Shown here piece after piece: positions 39,201 through 50,395 of a stretch of DNA of 64,000 nt. Location: contig JASANG010004046.1 of assembly GCA_030248215.1 (NCBI GenBank), forward strand, positions 434,001 to 498,000. The letters are read 5' to 3'. This DNA comes from Enoplolaimus lenunculus (taxonomy: Eukaryota). The position numbers and the translations under genes were made by a program. Each line of letters begins with the position of its first letter. Position 1 is the first letter of the stretch. The notes beneath the pieces were generated by a model. The model ran no database searches, was not told the origin of the DNA, and saw nothing but the letters and a program-made list of their open reading frames with translations.

Positions 39201-40860
39201 ACTGAAGCATTGTTTCACCAACAATACAGCAAAAAATAAAATCAAAAGATTTTTTGGTCACATGCATGTTTCACTTTCCGGTGTCAGATCCGAATTTTTG
39301 CCGCTGATGCCACTGCGAGTCCAAATTTAATACACGATGCTTGAAGAACAGATAGGATACAACATTGTCATCACAAATGTGAAGACTTAAATCCTAACAG
39401 TCACAAAAGAGTATAGTTTTATGGGAACCGTTCATTTCAATTAATTTTTCAAACACAAACGCAAGAGAGAACAGTTTTCCAGTGTAGACGCACAAATATA
39501 CACCAACAGTCAAACTCACAGTTATGTGCAAAAAGTATATGCAAAGAATCGGACATTTATTAGCACTGCCGATGCTGATACTCACGAAAAGTGCCGAGTA
39601 TCACCGGTGCGGATTAAGCTGGGACACTTCGAAGTTATAGTGCTTCCACAAGGTTAAATCTGGCGTAAAACCCGGCTCCTTGAAGAGTGGGGAGATTTCT
39701 TCCGGATTAACCCAGTAAATTTTAATATGTTTAAACTCGGCCGTACATTTATGGGCACATTCTTGGTTGATTAATGCTCTTACAAGTAGTGTACTTTTGT
39801 TATTTTTAGGTTTTCAGCTCGTTATAACAATTGTTGAAGTGTACGTTATATCAGAGTACGAACGAATATTAATTTACCGGGACCGGTTACGCATATTGAA
39901 TTTATTACGGAACCGGATTCCGAATATTGTATATGATAACATATTATTTTTCGCTGTATTTTTACGTGCGTAAAGTTTGCTTCCGTTAACAGTAGCTGAA
40001 TATGTGTCAAATGCATGAACTTCTTGACTTGGCCAGAAATGTAATCGCAGCAAGATGTTAAAGGAGCGTACTTGTAAAAAACAGTTTCCCGGGCTACGCC
40101 TGTGCACTACATAACGTCCACATCTTCAACCGAATATAATTCTAGGCAACAAGTTTCCGCAAGTGCAGCCGAAGCCGCGCGTGACGGTGTTGTTGTTCCT
40201 CGAACGATCGAAGAATATTGTGTCAAAATGCGTCAACCTACTGGACCATTTTCATCCACAACTTCCGGATCAGTGTTTGGAGTAAGCGGTTGCAGCGGTG
40301 GTAGTGGTGAACCGTCTGGGTCAACACAATTGGCCTCACTGCTTGATTCAATGGAATATGAAGATTACTATATGGACGATGTGGATAGTTCGTCGACATC
40401 TGGAGAAGAATCGGCTGCAGGTGAGGATGATGTTGATGATGGTGTCGGTGAGGATGAAGGTGGTGACACCGGTGGAGGACATTGTCGCGGTGGCGGCGGC
40501 TCGACGTCAAGGAACGCGACGCCGTCGGCCGGTGGTGGCGGTCCATTGATGATGTCGGCAACCGGATCGTCTGCGGTCCCGCGTAGTTCCGCGACTAAGA
40601 CAGGCGGCAGCGGCGCGTCGGATGCAATGGGCCGATGTAAAGCAATGACATCGACGACTGAAGTTGATTGCTTCGACGGTGGCTCAACGTGCGTCCATGG
40701 CAACGACGATGGAATTGACAATGGTCAAAGTCGTGATGCAACTGTAGCGTGTGGTTCTGGTTCAGGGGTCTCGACAGGTCGAGGGAGTGGAGTTGCCGTG
40801 CACGGTAGACCAATGATGGTAGTTGATGATAATGAAGATTCGGGTCAAGGAGAAAATTAA
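36109..40860 (+). CDS. CDC34: Ubiquitin-conjugating enzyme E2 R (Cdc34/UBE2R family), 5 exons, 403 aa
   Basis: Exons 36109-36285, 36529-36615, 37033-37130, 38650-38784 and 40146-40860 are GT-AG and in frame. Contains [21 protein letters not shown] (catalytic Cys 37045-37047), the Cdc34 acidic loop [44 protein letters not shown] and an acidic tail. Confidence 0.97.
36529..36615 (+). CDS. CDC34: Cdc34 exon 2
   Basis: [29 protein letters not shown]. Confidence 0.95.
37033..37130 (+). CDS. CDC34: Cdc34 exon 3 (active-site Cys, acidic loop)
   Basis: [32 protein letters not shown]. Confidence 0.95.
37631..38014. mobile_element. hAT-like MITE (TAGGGATGTG ends, GCCGAT subterminal repeats) in Cdc34 intron 3
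   Basis: TIRs tagggatgtg / cacattccta and a perfect 8-bp TSD atttttgt. Relatives at 30808-31231, 33069-33151 (83-bp minimal copy, TSD ctaattat/cttattat), 34860-35021 and 38941-39610. Confidence 0.85.
38028..38615. mobile_element. DINE/HINE-like element in Cdc34 intron 3
   Basis: Head gtccgtctgtccgtccg..atctcaggaac..ccgattttgata, then tandem units, then a terminal hairpin gagc-ttc-gctc. Confidence 0.6.
38650..38784 (+). CDS. CDC34: Cdc34 exon 4
   Basis: [44 protein letters not shown]. Confidence 0.95.
40146..40860 (+). CDS. CDC34: Cdc34 exon 5 (extended acidic and Gly-Ser tail)
   Basis: ttctag|g [25 protein letters not shown]...[11 protein letters not shown]. Confidence 0.92.
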
Positions 40861-41532
40861 CGATTGTCGCCTATGTTTCATGGTTGGATTTAATTTCATT
40901 TGTAGGGATTTTTGAAGTCGACGGGATTTTTGAAGTCGACGCTAGATTTTGGGTAGTTATTGCTGGAGAACGGCTGTCATAGAAATGTTAAGGTTGGTAC
41001 GTATATATTTGGAGTGGCGTATCTGGCTCATAACCTTGTTTTTTGTATTGGCCAATATACAATCGTCAATTGGCATTCGTTTGAAGTGAACTTTAATGAA
41101 CGGAGAAGACAGTGCTATATGTTGATAGGGGTGTCATATTTAGTACATACGTGCAATGTTTTGCATCCGGACCCGTATTCTCAGATTGCAATCGTTTTTT
41201 CACCAGCTAGCGATAGGTTTTCAAACAATCGAAGAGCAACTGTTATCGGGGATGGGCGGTCTCGGTATTTGTCTTGCCTCAGTTTCGGTTTTTGAGTCAA
41301 AATTTTTTGAAACCGTAACTGATCTCCACACTATGAACAGCATGGTGTTTTGAATGCAAAGTAAAATTTTGCGTAATTTGGAATTCTTCTCAGGCCAGAT
41401 GCAAGTAGTTACGGTGAGACAACAAACATCTTCGAAAAACAAGTTTAAATCGTTTTTAAAAAATACACCGAGAACGCTTATCTCTAATATGGTTATATGA
41501 CAAATATAAGTTTTTTTGTGATGGCAAGTAAC

Positions 41533-41911
41533 CAGGGTGCAACCGGAATTACAATTTACCGGAACCGGAACCGGAATTTGAAAATTTTACCGTAACCGGA
41601 AAATGAAAAATGCATTTCACCAAAAATTTCATTTTAATCTTATTTTTTGCTCTATTATTTGTGAAATAACCTTAGTCGAACATAGCTATATATTTTATTT
41701 GTTGTATTTTAGATTTTCATCATCGACTGAAGTGAAATCCACCATCAATGGCTTATATTCGGAGTACAAGTGGCTTTCAAAAGAGATTCCTAAAAATTAG
41801 CAAAGTTAAGAAAACGGCCAAATTATAATACCGGAATTTTTAAATCCGGTAAAAATTTACCGGAACCGGAAGGTGAAAAAATGCCGGAACCGGAATTCCG
41901 GTTGCACCCTG
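41533..41911. mobile_element. hAT-like MITE (CAGGGTGCAACCGGAATT TIR) downstream of Cdc34
   Basis: Perfect TIRs, ACCGGA subterminal repeats and an 8-bp TSD caagtaac/caggtaac. Confidence 0.85.
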
Positions 41912-43821
41912 CAGGTAACATCTATTGTCCGGTTAACATGCTGATCGCTAACTGGTGCTTGATGCTTATGTTAGAAATATCAAATACGGAGCATGTGTAA
42001 AGCTGGTATAAGTATTCACGAGAATGATATAGATTGTTTTGTTTTTGTACTCTTGTGTTATCTTACTTTGTGCCGAGAAGTCATTTGCGTGTGTACGTAT
42101 TATGGCAAAGTAACATTAAATTTGATACGTGCCTATAGAGTTAAAGGCAATTTGTCAGGGTCCCACAAAAATTCCTAAACCGACCGGTATTCCTGCAAAA
42201 CTTCGATTCCTGTTTGTAATGCGTCATCGCATAACACAGGAGCCATAATGTTTACGGTGATATTCCAATTTTTTAAACATTAAAAAATTGTGGTTTAAAT
42301 TTTTAGTACGAAATGAACGCCTTTAATCTTGTCCAGTTTACTTAAGTTGTTAGACTAAAATATTTGATGCGTGATTTCGAAACTTTGATAAGGACGAATA
42401 AAACAGCAATTCGGTGTTGATATGCTTAAGATGGGTGTTTGTAACACGGTGCTTATGCAATTGTCTACTCGACCTTTTCCCGCATTAATACTCATGTTTT
42501 ATATCAACTGTGCATAATTTCGTTTACAACAATACGAAATTATACACAAGTGCAGTGTTGAGGGAGTCGCTTGGTTCGCGTTTTTGGTTCGGGCAATGGT
42601 AATAAAAGCCTATTGTGGCATGTGAGTGCCAGGCTGAATATGCACCATGAAAATGGATTTCAGTATGAAATTGCGTAAAATTCATATGCGATGCGTTGTA
42701 CCGGCGAAAGCGAATATTTATATTAGCTGGACTTGCAAAATTGTTCGCATGTGAGAATTAATATCGAATGCGTACTACATAATGGATAAGAAGAAATTCG
42801 GTGTGCCGTCAAATATAAGACTGATTTTAGAATTTTCAGCGACAGCTAGTTCTCATTCGGTTGCTAAAAGTTACTTATTTATACTGTGAGCATCATTTTC
42901 ATTTGAGCTCGTTTAGTAGTGATTTTAATATTGAACTTTTGACGTATGTGTTAACTTTACTGTATGTATTCTGCGTTTGCACTAATGTTTTTGGAGTGTA
43001 AAAGTAACCATATAAGTAAATTTCTTGGTGTTCGTTTATCAGAGCGTCAGTGATTCCAAACCAGTAAGTTAGCCGCTTCGCAAGGTGCAAAGCTGAAAAA
43101 TAATGGAGGCGGAGTTGGGGTAAATAAAATTTGCCGAAACCGTAGGCGAAGCCGGATGTGATACAAAGTTTGGTAATTACAATTGCCAATCTTAGGGGCG
43201 TAACGTAAATTAGGTGTATTCCAAAGCCTGTGTTGAAAAAGCGTATTCCTAAGCGTAAGCAAAAATATGCAATCTAGTATCTAAACCTACTGTTTCATAA
43301 ACCCATCAGAATCCTGGACTCCCTTTAAATAAACGGGCCATTGAAATGGTATTTAATCTGCTAATTTCTGCAAATAAGGTATTGTTAACTCGTTTGTTTT
43401 ACGCTTGGTTGTATCTTGCTGCTTCGTGCTGAAAATTTTCCGCTTTTAGTTTTCCCGATAGGTATTTTAACAAGTGTCTGGTCATTGTTGTAAAGAAAAT
43501 TAAAAATAGCTGTACGTCATAAAAATGAAGTTTTTTAAATACAAACAAACTGAAAGACTAGGCAAACTTTTTGAGCTTGTCGCCCCATGTATACATCAGG
43601 GGTGGACCGAGACACGTAAAAAACAACTAAGAGATTCAAACGCCTTTACCTGAAAATTCAAATTAACCATCGCGCATAATGTCATGTGGGTTGAAGCACG
43701 TTTCGTCCATTTTAATTCAATGTCTGCATAAACTAATGGATAACACGCCATTAAATTATTTCGAATGCTGAATAGTTTCTACGTTTCTGTTTCAAATGAA
43801 AATTTCTAAATATATTCCTGA

Positions 43822-44200
43822 TAGGGTACAACTGGAGGTCTGCTTCCGGCTCCGCCTGAAAATCCGGCTCCGGTAGAATTTTTGCCTGAGGATCTGGCAA
43901 TTTCGGTAGTAAAGTATTGCATAAAATTTTGCAAAATATATCTGTTTATAGCGCGTATCGTTTTACTTTTGTCACAATTTTCAGAAAAGAATTTCTGAAA
44001 TTTCGCAGAAAATTAGCGTAAAATCAAACACTTAGCAACACATTGCAGACATTGGCTAAAATCAGCCAATTAACCATCATTTTTACTACCTAATTTCGCC
44101 TCACCTCCGGCTCCGGCAAGTTTCGTTGACCCCCGGCTCCGGCAAGTTTCGTTGATTCCCGGCTCCGACTTCGGTATTTTTCACCTCCGGTTGCTCCCTG
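43822..44200. mobile_element. hAT-like MITE with CTCCGG subterminal repeats
   Basis: tagggtacaactggagg ... cctccggttgctccctg with TSD attcctga/attcctca; inverted relative at ~55375-55676. Confidence 0.8.
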
Positions 44201-44659
44201 ATTCCTCAGTAAATTCAAATTTCACATTTTAATATCACGACATTGTACAGGACACTCAAGCTAGTTTAATACCATAAAATTTTGCAACCCTTTTTCAACG
44301 TCATATGATTTAATTGACATGCCTTATCGACAGGATAGCAGATAATTTAACTTTTTGATTAACAGGGACAAATCGTGTTCCAGGTTCCCTAGTTGTAACG
44401 TGTACCCGCATTACCTCCGCCTCTGGTAAATTTTTTTGACCGGTTACTGTATTTTCACCTTAAATTCTAATATGGTCGGATAGTTTTTTCTGTGAAACTG
44501 CAATAAAGTATGCAAAGTTCAAGTTTTGGACTGTTTTTTGCTTTAGATATTGGATTATACATAAACTGGCTTGGTTCGAGGCATTTTTGTTGATTTCCTT
44601 GTCCTTTATAACCCTTTCTCACAAGAATATTTGCAATTTCACATCAGATGTAATTTCAA

Positions 44660-44830
44660 GGTGAGGCTCGAACCCCAGTCTCACGGTGGGAGGCGTTTAC
44701 GATGGCCACTGAGCTATAGGAGCTTGACGCTCGAGCCCGAGGGGCTCTCACGTCGTGTGGAGATTTTACACTGCGCATATATGATATAAATGTTAAACAC
44801 TGCTCACAGAGTGTGTATTACTCGTACATT
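44660..44830 (-). mobile_element. Diverged internal fragment of the same MITE family (tRNA-like core)
   Basis: Shares gagctataggagcttgacgctcgagcccgagggg with the other copies; no TIRs seen. Confidence 0.65.
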
Positions 44831-44949
44831 ATTGTATTTAGTTTCTCAGTTAATTTTTTTCTGGGCTTATAACAAAGTTGGCCCATGTATACTCTGGGGG
44901 GCGTCTCGTTTACCCACGGGACCGCAATATTTCCGGAGCGAAACGTTTT

Positions 44950-45620
44950 TGTTGGGTTGGTCGGGACAGCTTTAAACCTGCTTTTTTTGGGTTGGTCGGG
45001 ACAGCTTCGAGCCCATCTTTTACCTGGGTTGGTCGGGACAGCTTCGAGCCCATCTTTTACCGGGGTTGGTCGGGACAACAGGGACGGCTTCAAACCTATG
45101 TTTTTGCTGGGTCGGTCGGGACAGCCGGGACAGCTTCGAGCCCACATTTTTCCTGGGTCAGTCGGGACAGCGGGGACAGCTTCGAGCCTATATTTTGCTG
45201 GGTCGGTCGGAACAGCCGGGACAGCTTCGAACCTATATTTCTGCTGGGTTGGTCGGGACAGCCGGGACAGCTTCGATCCTATGTTTTTGCTGGGTCGGTC
45301 GGAACAGCCGGAACAGCATCGAGCCCATATTATTCTGGGTCGGTCGGGACAGCGGGGAGACCTTTGAGCCTATATTTTTGCTGGGTCGGTCGGGACAGCC
45401 GGGCCAGCTTCGAGCTTATATTTTTGCTGGGTCGATCGGGACAGCTTCGAACCTATGTTTTTGCTGGGTTGATCGGGACAGCTTGACCCTATACTTTGGT
45501 TGGGTCGGTCGGCACAGTCGGTACAGTTTTCGAATTAGGTTTTGTGAACAACTTCGAACTTATGTCTTTGCTGGGTCAGTATATATAGCAGGACAGCGTC
45601 GGAGCAGATATGTTTTCTGG
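44950..45620. repeat. Minisatellite (~38-46-bp unit, GGGTCGGTCGGGACAGC)
   Basis: More than 10 degenerate tandem units; stop-free frames produce spurious ORFs. Confidence 0.9.
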
Positions 45621-47261
45621 GACAGAACTGTTTCGGCAGTCCCATCAAAAATATACTCAGAACTGCTGAACCTGCAAAATATAAGCTACGAACCGGGGTG
45701 TAACGGGATATCCGTTTTCGTTTCCGTTTTATAGAAGCACCGGAAATTCTGTTATTTTATGCTCAAAAATTAGTTCGAAATCACGTGTATGTCATAGTTT
45801 TTTTCGCCAATTTAGGAGCCATAACTCCTAAAATTGGCGATTGGCCCCTAGAAACTTGGGGTTGGGGACCAACTGGCCCCTAAAACTTTTTCACAAGCTG
45901 TTTTTCAGAAATAGGCTGCAATTTTATTCCCACGAAAATACAAATTTGTTAACTTCGCCTGCGGCGCTACCTGATTTAGAACTTGCTTATTTCACTTCAA
46001 TACACCATATATATCCCTAAAAATTCTGATTGGCCCCTAAACATTTTTGTTAAGTGGCCAATTGGCCCCTTATTTTGAGATGAAAAAACCCTGGTATGAC
46101 TTGCAATTTTTCATTATAGATATGTTGCAATTGTTCAAACTGAAATAAAAATTACGAAATTTATACAATACCTTGAAATTTTCGGCGTATCCGGTATTTT
46201 TCCTTTAAAATTTTAGAAAACCAACAAATTTACGATGAAATGATAACATCAATTTAACATGTTTTATTGACTAACTTTTTACGAACTGCGGTGACGGCTC
46301 CGGTTTTTTCACCTCCGCTTGCGCACTGCTTACCTTCGCACATTTAGTTCTCGTTGTAAACAGGAATGATACATCACTGTTATTTGTATTTTGCAAAAAA
46401 ATATCAAAATAGCGGACAACGACTGGATCACAGAAATTGTATTACCTCTACTTTACTTACAGGTTCATTGCACTTTGTAACGCAAAAGTAAACTGCAACC
46501 AGTAACATCTTGCTGGTTTTATACCAATATTTCTTGTACACGGACATTACATGAATGGCAAAAACATGCAACAGGCACATTTACTAGTCATTATCTATTG
46601 AGGTGAACGAGCACACTAAGACAAAGCTTTCATCATTATATATAATACTTATTTCATTAAGATAGTTTATCCCACACAATGAATATGTAGTTCGTTTATA
46701 TTTGTTGCTTAATTTGAATGCAGTCCATGTGCAAATTATATATGGACGCTGGATATCCGGATATGTACACGGCAAGGAACGGTGAGTCAAATTGTCCCTC
46801 TCTGAAATTGGCTTTTCCTGACTACACAAACTGATTATAATTCGACGCCGCCAGAGTCAAATTCGATTCGCTCAGAGAAAGTGGAGTAGAAAAAAATTTC
46901 GTTTCCAGAATAAGATAGCCATATGTTTAAATGTTGTTTTGCAAGCTTAGCGAGCTAGATAATTTATCTGACCTTTGCAATTTTTTATAGTCTTACTTTC
47001 CTTCAGAGTATTCCGACGAATTTATATGGATATATCCCCCTATACCCTTCTGTATACGCTTCTGTGCGTAACCACCCTGTCTTGTTGACGACAACATTAA
47101 TACAATATAATGCTTCAATATTTACAACAACAACGCTACTTTAGTTTGTTTGATTTTTTGTCAAAATTTCAAGATTTTTATTTCCGCTGACAAGATAAAA
47201 AATACAAAGCAAAATGAAAAATAGTCAAAAGAGCTTTACAGTTGGAGATACTGATCGTAGG

Positions 47262-47463
47262 TGTCGTCGTCGTCGTCGTCGTCGTCGTTGTTGTTGTTGT
47301 TGTCGACGTCGTCGTTGTTGTTGTTGTTGTTGTTGTTGTTGTCGACGTCGTTGTTGTTGTTGTTGTTGTTGTCGACGTCGTTGTTGTTGTTGTTGTCGTC
47401 GTTGTTGTTGTTGTCGTCGTCGTTGTTGTTTGTTGTTATTGTTGTTTGTTGTTATTGTTGTTT

Positions 47464-47504
<41 letters not shown>

Positions 47505-47675
47505 GCTGCTGCTGTTGTTGTTGTTGTTTTTGTCGTCGTCGTCGTCGTTGTTGTTGTTGTTGTTGCTGCTGCTGCTGTTGTTGTTGTTGTTCGTTCCTGC
47601 TGCTGCTGTTGTTGTTGTTGTTTTTCTGCATCTGGTGCTGTTTTTGCTGTTGTTATTATTGTTGTTGCTGATGTT
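47262..47675. repeat. Compound trinucleotide microsatellite (GTT/GTC/GCT)n, ~410 bp
   Basis: Seen directly in the sequence. Confidence 0.97.
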
Positions 47676-50212
47676 GAGTGCAGCTACTAATTCAGATATT
47701 TGTGACCGCATGGGGACGTAATATAATGGCGAGAAAGGTCGCGTGCGAAACAATGAAAAAGCCCAGTCGCAATTGTAAAACTGAAGCTTAGCACAAACTT
47801 TTTTGGTTTTGATGTCTGTAGGGTGAAACCATGGCGTGGGAGGCCCTTTTGGATTCGCCAGAGTTTGGACAGATGATAGAGCTTGTTAAACGCGGGGGAA
47901 AATTTGATAAAATCTAGTCTTCTCCACTGAGTTACATAATTCATATTTACAGTGGTTGTGCGATGCTTTTTAGCGAACGGGGTGTTTTTCTTTTTATGTT
48001 ATATACTTTACATTTTGTACACATTTGAATTTTTTGTTTATTTTGCTTAGAATTTTTTAACACAACAAACCGCTAAATGTGCATTAGAATTTAAAACGAC
48101 AAGTTGTCAAACTGAACTCTCTAATCAGAGCTTTAGAAATTTCTGACGTGGACTGCCGAGTTATATATAACCTGAAAAGAGCAACTGAGCGAGAAGGCAA
48201 ACGCAATTATGGTAGATTCTAAAAGCTTAACACAAAACCTTGGTTCTGATACCTGTTGAGCGCCCTAAACCTGGGTAGTCCTTTAAACATAATGCCAGTG
48301 GCGAGGTTACTGGTTATTTCCTGTTTTTAGTATATTTCATTCAATACAGAATGAGATGGGCGAAAAGTAGTTGTGCTAAAACATAAACACTATTTATTTA
48401 GTACGCGTTCTTAGTTTTTTCTTCATTCCGTAAGTTTTTGAGACACAGAAAGAACGTCGTTTACAATTTTTTACTGGGACAGTGTGGGTAAACATTAGCG
48501 AATAAGTGAGGAAACAGAAGCTAGTTTTAGAGTATGGATAAGTTGAGTCCAAACTAAGATATGTCTATTGCTACTAATGTAATGCTTATAGAATGATCAA
48601 ATACAACATTTAGATCGGACAGCATTCATTCACTTTTTTAGCATTGCTTTTGAAAGGATGGAGTCAGTTGAACTGTGGCCGTCTGACATTGGAAAGGTCC
48701 CCGCATAACAAAAATGGCGTATATATTAGCCTCGATATTCAAAAACCGCATTATTTTTCAAGTAGAAGTATTATAAACAACAGATTTAACGCAAAAAAGT
48801 TGTTTTGCAATTTTGCTTCAGGCTCAATTTTACACATCATTCAACTGAAAATATAGATGAACGGAAATTCATGACACAGTTTTTTTCGGAAATTGTCACA
48901 AAAATTATATTGTTTTTTGCCTTTAGCGACTATAACGCAACAGATTTTTTGGCGTATTTCCGCATATACACAAAAGCGCTTTTTATTGCATTTTGCCGTT
49001 TTGATAACTTGTGTTCAAGCGCATATTGCAGCTGTACAAGAAGCTTAGGCTCTCGGTTTGTCATTTGTGTCCAGAAGTTTTTAGACCATTTTTCAGTATG
49101 TAAACACTATATAAACCTTCTTCTAAATTTTAAGTATCGTAAACCCTTTTCCGTGAATTCTGGATACGGCCAAAATCGAAAAATTTTCTTAGCAAAGTAG
49201 TAAAGATATGTATACTTCCCTCAATAGGATTAGACTTTAGTCGCAAGTTTAAGCTTAGACTTATATTTAGGATTCAGAAAAAGTTTGCGTAAGCTTGAGC
49301 GTATGCCCAAACGTTGCCTAACATGTTTACTTAGCTTTTGCATTAACCTAAGCCTACGATTTCACCCTAAAATCAGGGGAAAGCATGCTAGAGACAATAA
49401 TAGGTATAGCTCACAACGCAACACATTTTAAATTAATATTTTAGTTATAAACAAAAATTGCAATATATGTTTCAAAAACGCTATAATGTTTTGCAGATGT
49501 TTTAGAAGAAATTAAAGTGTTCTATATATTTAATATTGCATGAATGATAAATTATGCTATAGTCAGTCACAATCCCCTGAATCATGAGCTGAGCATGGAT
49601 TCCATCTCGAGAGGGTACAGCCCGATTTAAGTTTTTGCGATTGACCCTAACAATCGAGAGGTTTTACGACTCTACATTGCTCAGAAGACTATTCTCTTCT
49701 AGCGCGTTGAATTTTCTTGTCTATAAAGACATTTTCTGGTTAGCACATACCCACGATTCTCCTTCTGACCACGCTACTGCCGTAAAAATATGTTAATATT
49801 TAAATCTGACTCGGAGTTTAAAATTTGAAAATTGAAAATCATTTTTGAACGCTGCATGGCTCACACTAACATATATATGTATTTATATGTAAACATATAT
49901 GTATATTTAAGTGTAGAGATATACACTTGTTGAAATGGGATATGTTTTCTGCATTACAGTTGCTGTGTGCAACCGTAAAGTTGAGTAGCAAGTGGTTTGA
50001 AAAATTTGTAGATTATAATATCCATATTGTAATATGTTCTCCCAAAAAGTCAGAGAAATTTTGTTACTAAATGTGCATTCGGTCAAGAGTTATAACAATA
50101 AGAATTCCATGGACATTTAGCCCTTTAGGGATCCGCGTTGGTTTCCTTGTAATTTGGCTGAAAGTCTTGACCAACATTGTCCACATACCTAGTATATATG
50201 TATAAAATTTGT

Positions 50213-50395
50213 GGCCCATGTATAGAACAGGGCCGGAACACTAGTATAAGCATATTCCTAAGCCTAAACCTAAGCGTAAGCGTATGGATGAGCCTATTCC
50301 TAAGCCTAAGCCTAAGCAAAAAATTAATCTAAAGCTTAAACTGGTTCTATTATAGCCCCTCCGGAAACGATCCGGACCTGTTCTATACATGCGCC
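50213..50395. mobile_element. GG-terminal (Merlin-like) MITE carrying TTAGGC-type repeats
   Basis: TIR ggcccatgtatagaacagg / cctgttctatacatgcgcc, perfect 8-bp TSD aaatttgt, internal (CCTAAG)n. Copies at 11664-11837 and 19515-19689. Confidence 0.8.

Noticed and set aside
40238..40813. Antisense and alternative-frame ORFs over Cdc34 exon 5 (and likewise over 20861-23138)
   Set aside because: Shadows of the real coding exons.
44790..45734. ORFs of 160-222 aa and a CRISPR-like repeat appearance
   Set aside because: Degenerate tandem repeat with no unique spacers, no cas genes and a eukaryotic context.
47214..47753. Poly-Cys/Val/Leu/Asn ORFs
   Set aside because: Translations of a trinucleotide microsatellite.
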